The notes under the pieces are model-generated. The model was not told the DNA's origin and made no database searches. It saw nothing but the letters and a program-made list of their open reading frames with translations. A program made the position numbers and the translations under genes. A stretch of 64,000 nucleotides of DNA, taken from contig NW_027361844.1 in assembly GCF_039654945.1 (NCBI RefSeq), positions 4,960,001 through 5,024,000 of the forward strand, in the 5' to 3' direction. Below are positions 59,056-64,000 of the stretch, piece by piece (position 1 is the stretch's first letter; the number at the start of each line of letters is the position of its first letter). This DNA is from Dendrobates tinctorius (lineage: Eukaryota).

Positions 59056-60690
59056 CAATTGTGCTCAAAAGTTTACATGCCCCGGCAGAATTTTTGCTTT
59101 CTTGGCCTTTTTTTCAGAGAATATCAATGAGATTACCAAAACTTTTTCTCCACTCATGGTTACTGGTTGAGTGAAGCCATTTATTGTCAAACGACTGTGT
59201 TTTCTCTTTTAAAATCATAATGACAACCCAAAACATCCAAATGACCCTGATCAAAAGTTCACATACCCCATTTCTTAATACCATGTATTGCCCCCTCTAA
59301 CATCAATGAGAGCTTGAAGTCTTTTGTGGTAGTTGTGGATGAGGTTCTTTCTTTTCTCAGATGGTAAAGCTGCCCACTCTTCTTGGCAAAAAGCCTCCAG
59401 TTCCTGTAAATTCCTGGGCTGTCTAGCATGAACTGCACGCTTGAGATCTCCCCAGAGTGGCTCAATGATATTGAGGTCAGGAGACTGAGATGGCCACTCC
59501 AGATCCTTCACTTTGTTCTGCTGTAGCCAATTACAGGTCGACTTGGCCTTGTGTTTTGGATCGTTGTCATGTTGGAAAGTCCAAGCACGTCCCCTGCTCA
59601 GATTCCGGGCTGATGATTGCAAATTTGCCTCCTGTATTTGCTGATAACGTGCTGCATTCATCTTTCCTTCAACTTTGACCAAGTTTCCTGTGCCTTTGTA
59701 GCTCACACATCCCCAAAACATCAGCAATCCACCTCCGTGCTTTACAGTAGGAATGGTGTTTCTTTCATTAAAGGCCTTGTTGATCTCTCTCCAAACGTAA
59801 CATTTATGGTTGTGGCCAAAATGTTCAATTTTGGTTTCATCACTCCAAATTACCTTGTTCCAGAAGTTTTGAGGCTTGTCAGTGTGCTGTTTTGCGTATT
59901 GTAGGCAAGATACTTTGTGGCATTTGCGCAGTAATGGCTATTTCTGGCGGCTCGACCATACAGCCCATTTTTCTTCAAGTGTCTCCTTATTGTGCATCTT
60001 GAAACAGCCACAGCAGTAGTTTTCAGAAAGTCCAGAATTTCAGCTGATGTCTTTTGTGGGTTTTTCTTTGTATACCAAACAATTTTCCTGGCAGTTGTGG
60101 ACAACATTTTTGTTGGTCTACCGACCGTGGTTTTGTTTTTTACAGAGCCTCTGATTTTCCATTTTGTTAATCATAGTTTGAACGCTGCTGACTGGCATTA
60201 TCAATTCCTTGGATATCTTTTTGTATCCCTTTCCTGTTTTATACAGTTCAACTAACTTTTCCCATAGATCCGTTGACAATTCTTTTGCTTTCCCCATGAC
60301 TCACAATCCAGAAATGTCAGTGGCTGGATGAAAGATGCAAGAGTCTGTCTGGATCCCAGAACCTCACTCAGCTCTTATGCACACACACTGATTACAAGCA
60401 AACAGGTCAGGATGTTACCTTTAGTAGCCAGTCAAACCCATCAACTTCTGTGCATGTTATCTGGCCAAAATCACCAGGGTATGTAAACTTTTGATCAGGG
60501 TCATTTGGATGTTTTAGGTTGTCATTATGATTTGAAAAGAGAAAACACAGTAGTTTGACAATAAATGGCTTCACCCAAACCACTAACCATGAGTGGACAA
60601 AAAGTTTTGGTGTTATCATTCATATTCTCTGAAAAAAAGGCCAGGAAAGCAAAAATTCTGCCGGAGTATGTAAACTTTCAAGCACAACTG
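59056..60690 (-). mobile_element. Full-length decayed Tc1 (DD34E) transposon
   Basis: TA on both sides; ~210-bp TIRs with internal direct repeats; fragmented transposase from ATG 60297 to 59275 with WGC, FQHDNDPKH and WPSQSPDLNIIEPLW. Confidence 0.94.
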
Positions 60691-60793
60691 TATTTTCAGA
60701 TTTATTCAAAAATTTTTAAAAGTTGATGTTTTTTGATCAATATGCAGAAATTCATGTAATGCTGCTGTGTGAACATTGTCTTCATATCTGTAG

Positions 60794-60896
60794 GCAGGTG
60801 AGCTGCCTCAGTGCTGGATTCCTCCTGTGCTGGGAGGGCATGAGATATCAGTACGATACAATGAAGCTCACAACTATGAACTTCAACAGGAACTTG
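60794..60896 (+). CDS. STRADB: STRADB coding exon, 103 nt, phase 0/1
   Basis: Encodes AGELPQCWIPPVLGGHEISVRYNEAHNYELQQEL(G), ending at the YELQxExG start of the kinase fold; tgtag and gtgagt splice sites. Confidence 0.85.
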
Positions 60897-60969
60897 GTGA
60901 GTTTCTTCCACCTCTATATTGGGTGAGATTATAGTTTTATAAGTAAAGCTAATTGTAGAACAAGTCTCT

Positions 60970-61034
60970 TTTCTCCTTTGCCTCATTGGGGGACACAGAC
61001 CATGGGTGTTGTGCTGCCACCAGGAGGCTGACAC
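60970..61034 (+). mobile_element. Isolated DIRS 5'-terminus fragment
   Basis: tttctcctttgcctcattggggacacagaccatgggtgt..gctgcc..aggaggctgacact matches the termini at 49723 and 335. Confidence 0.7.
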
Positions 61035-61619
61035 TTTATTATCACAGTATTGCTGAGGTATGCCATTAGCCATCTGATTGTGCAATCATATGTCATGTCA
61101 GTTTATTGCTTGTTCTTCCTGCAATGACTGCACATAAAGAAAGAGAGATAGCGAATCAGAAGAACTATACTACATTTCTAATTGGAGATTTTTGCTAATA
61201 TTATTATTATACCTACTACATATTGGGATAGGATCTTGGAGATGGGAATACCCTATTAATTTCCTACTGACATCCGGGCTGCTTCAAAACATTATAAACC
61301 TGCAGATGACCCCATGTCGGTAGGTTAATAGCATTTTTTTACATGATAGGTAGGACAAAACGATTTGGTAACCTGGGTCCTTCTCTGCCCAATAGCCATG
61401 GTCTCCATACACATTAGATGGTGTGCCGATCCTGCCGAAATCAGCTGACTGTATCTAATGTGTGTGGCGCCTTTTAGTTCCTAGAATAAAATCCGATTTG
61501 CATAGAGCGGAATATTTATTTTATCATTCTATGATGACTGCTCCAAAGACACAGACAAGTAGCTTTTTGATGACAAGCGCTCTTTCACTTCTTCTTACTT
61601 CTTCTTATCAATCTTGTAG

Positions 61620-61741
61620 GTAAAAGATTCAATAATTTAACTACAATCTACCTCGCTCGACACACTCCTACAGGAACGCCGGTCACAGTGCAGCTCACCG
61701 ATTTGGATGACTGTTCGGATGAACACATTATATTCTTACAG
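61620..61741 (+). CDS. STRADB: STRADB coding exon, 122 nt, phase 1/0 (pseudokinase N-lobe)
   Basis: Encodes (G)KRFNNLTTIYLARHTPTGTPVTVQLTDLDDCSDEHIIFLQ; LARHTPTGT is characteristic of STRADB; ttgtag and gtaac splice sites. Confidence 0.93.
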
Positions 61742-62419
61742 GTAACAAAATGCGGTAAAACCTGATGAAGGAGATTTACTAAGATAAATTCCCCAGAGTT
61801 GGGGCTCATAAATGCTTTGCATTACATTTGTAATACATTTTAGACACTTTCTGTGCCTCTCTTTACAAGTATACGAAGCTAAAGCCATCCATACACATTA
61901 TTTTGAAGACAGCCGGATCTGTAGATGTCAGTGGTATTGTCCAACAGTCTAATTTGTATGGGGGCCTCTCGACTTCTTCCCAACAGGTGATGTAAAAAGT
62001 GAGAAAAAATTGACCTTTTGGATTTACAGTGGACGGTCATTTATTTTCTGAGAGAAAAGTCGCTGACAGCAGAGTATGGCAGTGGCCCTCTAGTAGAGAA
62101 CACAGGAGCACTCATTTCTGTGTATCCTGAAGTCGGGCCAGGGCATACATAGAAATCACAGAGCCCCATAGCAAAAGTTCTAAATTGATAACCCTTTATT
62201 TCACCTCTCACCCAAAAAAAGGAATATTCAGCAATGAATGCAGGATCATGATCCAGAGGCGCAGTCACAGAGGGGTACACCTCCTAACTTTTAAAGGGCC
62301 TTGGTACTTATTGGGGCACGAACACAGTTATTTTACCACTATTTAAGCCACTTAGTGTTCTCACACCTCAAAACCCATTTCATGGCGCACATAGGGTATG
62401 ATTTCTATATATATACACA

Positions 62420-62935
62420 CACACTATATCCCCACAGTGAATTTCTCCACACTATTTACCTAGTCTGTTCCCCCATAGTGCAATGCCCCCAACACTTTAT
62501 GATGTAACCATTGCTTCCCCCACATATTACCATGATGGAATATAATGGCCTCCACATAGTTTGCTCTTACAACAGTTGCCCCATGTACATTATAAGACCC
62601 CCACACATTATGATGCCTCCACGGTCATTCCACACAGTATAATGGCCACCACCGCCTCCCCCACCTCCCCTCACAACATGATGCACCCAGGCCTCTCACA
62701 CATAGTATTATGCCCAAAAGCTAGTATTATGCCCAAAAGCCCCTCCACACAGCATGATGCCCCCACGCATACAGTAAAGTGGCTCCCACTGTCCCCAGAC
62801 AAGATTATGACTCCCACAAGCCACCTTTCTCCCACACAGTGCTGGTCCCCACATACCTCCAACACACAGTGTGATGGCCCCCACACAGTATGGTGAGTCC
62901 CACAGCACCCTCTTCCCCCACACAGTATGAGGCTT
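62420..62935. repeat. Diverged low-complexity minisatellite (ccccacacagtatgatg-like)
   Basis: Recurring cccccacaca(g/t)tat(g/a)atg units. Confidence 0.65.
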
Positions 62936-63249
62936 GTACAGCCGCTCACACAAAGTTCCTCCATTGTCCTCTCCACAAGAACTGGCAAAAAAAAACTGCA
63001 GTGAGTTGACTGAGTTGTGATCTAGTGAAATGCTCACGCCTGCTGGGCTGAGACTCAGATGCACAGGCTGAAACTAAGACAGGAGTTGTGGCACTTGGCA
63101 CCAGGATGCCCCAACTCATTGGCCACATATCAGCCATGTGGTCCTGTGATATTACTGGTTACTCCACTGGTTTGGAGGAAAGAGCTGTTCCCTGAAAGAT
63201 CATTAACGGTGTTTTCTACTACTAAGCCAACTCCTTCGTGAACTAAATG

Positions 63250-63665
63250 TTTGGCCTTGATAAAATAAAAAAGCCTACTCTCCTCCCTTGCTGGTGCCGT
63301 TTCCGTGGTGTCAGCGCTTACAGTCCCAGAACTCATGTGTGGTGTTGTGACGTGTGATGCCAGGCACCCAATCAGTGCTGGCCTCACTGTCCCAGCCGTC
63401 GTACCCATTGAACATGAAGAGGAAGTCCAGGCTGCAACTGATCCTTGACTTCCTCTTCATGCTCAATCCGTATGAAGGCTGGGACAGTGAGACCAGCGCT
63501 GATTGGGCACCACGTGTCACAAAACCGCATGACAGCTACAGGACCGCGAGTGCTGAGACCGCTGGAATGGCACCAGCACAGGCGGTGAGTATAGGTTTTT
63601 TTATTTTATCGGGGCCAAACATTTAGCTCAAGAGGGGCTGTTGACGTAGTGGACAGCCCCTTCAA
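63250..63665. mobile_element. Palindromic T2-like MITE
   Basis: Long imperfect inverted repeat centred near 63435, ending ggacagccccttcaa. Confidence 0.6.
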
Positions 63666-64000
63666 GCCAACAGCTATTTGGGAGGGCACTTAGAGGAAAG
63701 TGGCATAGCTTAGTTGAAAGAAAGTCTAGCCTAAAATTCCTCAATTTCCTCACATAATTTTTTCACAGAATATTGCTATAAACTAAACTAATCAAAAGGT
63801 GGTGTAAAGTTAAGCTTTATCAAGCACCCAGGAGGTTATAAAGTTGAACTCAGTGGACTTACGGTAAGTCTACTTTCAGCCTTAAAGCTATGAGACTATG
63901 TGACACTGTGATAAATTTGGCACATGTTCAGACTGCTTATTCTTTACGCTGTTTATCCATTTGTCCCCGTATTTGTACGACACATCCACTCCTCATAGAT

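Noticed and set aside
1-64000. Prokaryotic systems (retron, DGR, phage integrase, restriction-modification) suggested by RT plus recombinase plus methylase; also tRNA or rRNA genes
   Set aside because: The RT/YR/MT combination with ITRs and an ICR is the standard DIRS retrotransposon inside spliced vertebrate genes; no tRNA or rRNA sequence was recognised

Overview
This is vertebrate genomic DNA, not prokaryotic. It is most likely an anuran amphibian, inferred from the DIRS/Ngaro, T2-MITE, Harbinger-MITE and L2 content. The backbone is the conserved head-to-head gene pair TRAK2 and STRADB. TRAK2 is on the minus strand with five recognisable coding exons between 18608 and 1401, plus a candidate 63-nt cassette exon. 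STRADB is on the plus strand with four coding exons between 43649 and 61741. They share a probable bidirectional promoter at about 41.1-41.6 kb, and both genes run out of the window. The introns are filled with mobile DNA: an apparently intact young DIRS1-type tyrosine-recombinase retrotransposon (7121-12429), a second decayed full-length DIRS inside a 10-kb nested stack (L2 > Ngaro > DIRS, plus solo LTR > MITE), hAT, Tc1, a Helitron carrying minisatellites, and many MITEs. Five observations stand out. (1) A ~300-nt unit combines an intact extended hammerhead ribozyme with an snRNA-type promoter and a U1-like start, resembling newt satellite 2 or a retrozyme; several Penelope-type hammerheads also occur. 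(2) In two DIRS families gag and the recombinase ORF are in frame across a single UGA-CG codon, a candidate readthrough site. (3) Two DIRS families have an equivalently placed spliceosomal intron in gag. (4) The intact DIRS has an 8-bp att-like core shared between its circle junction and its target site. (5) TRAK2 has an in-frame cassette exon. Gene identifications rest on recalled human protein sequences and on splice-phase consistency; no database search was run.
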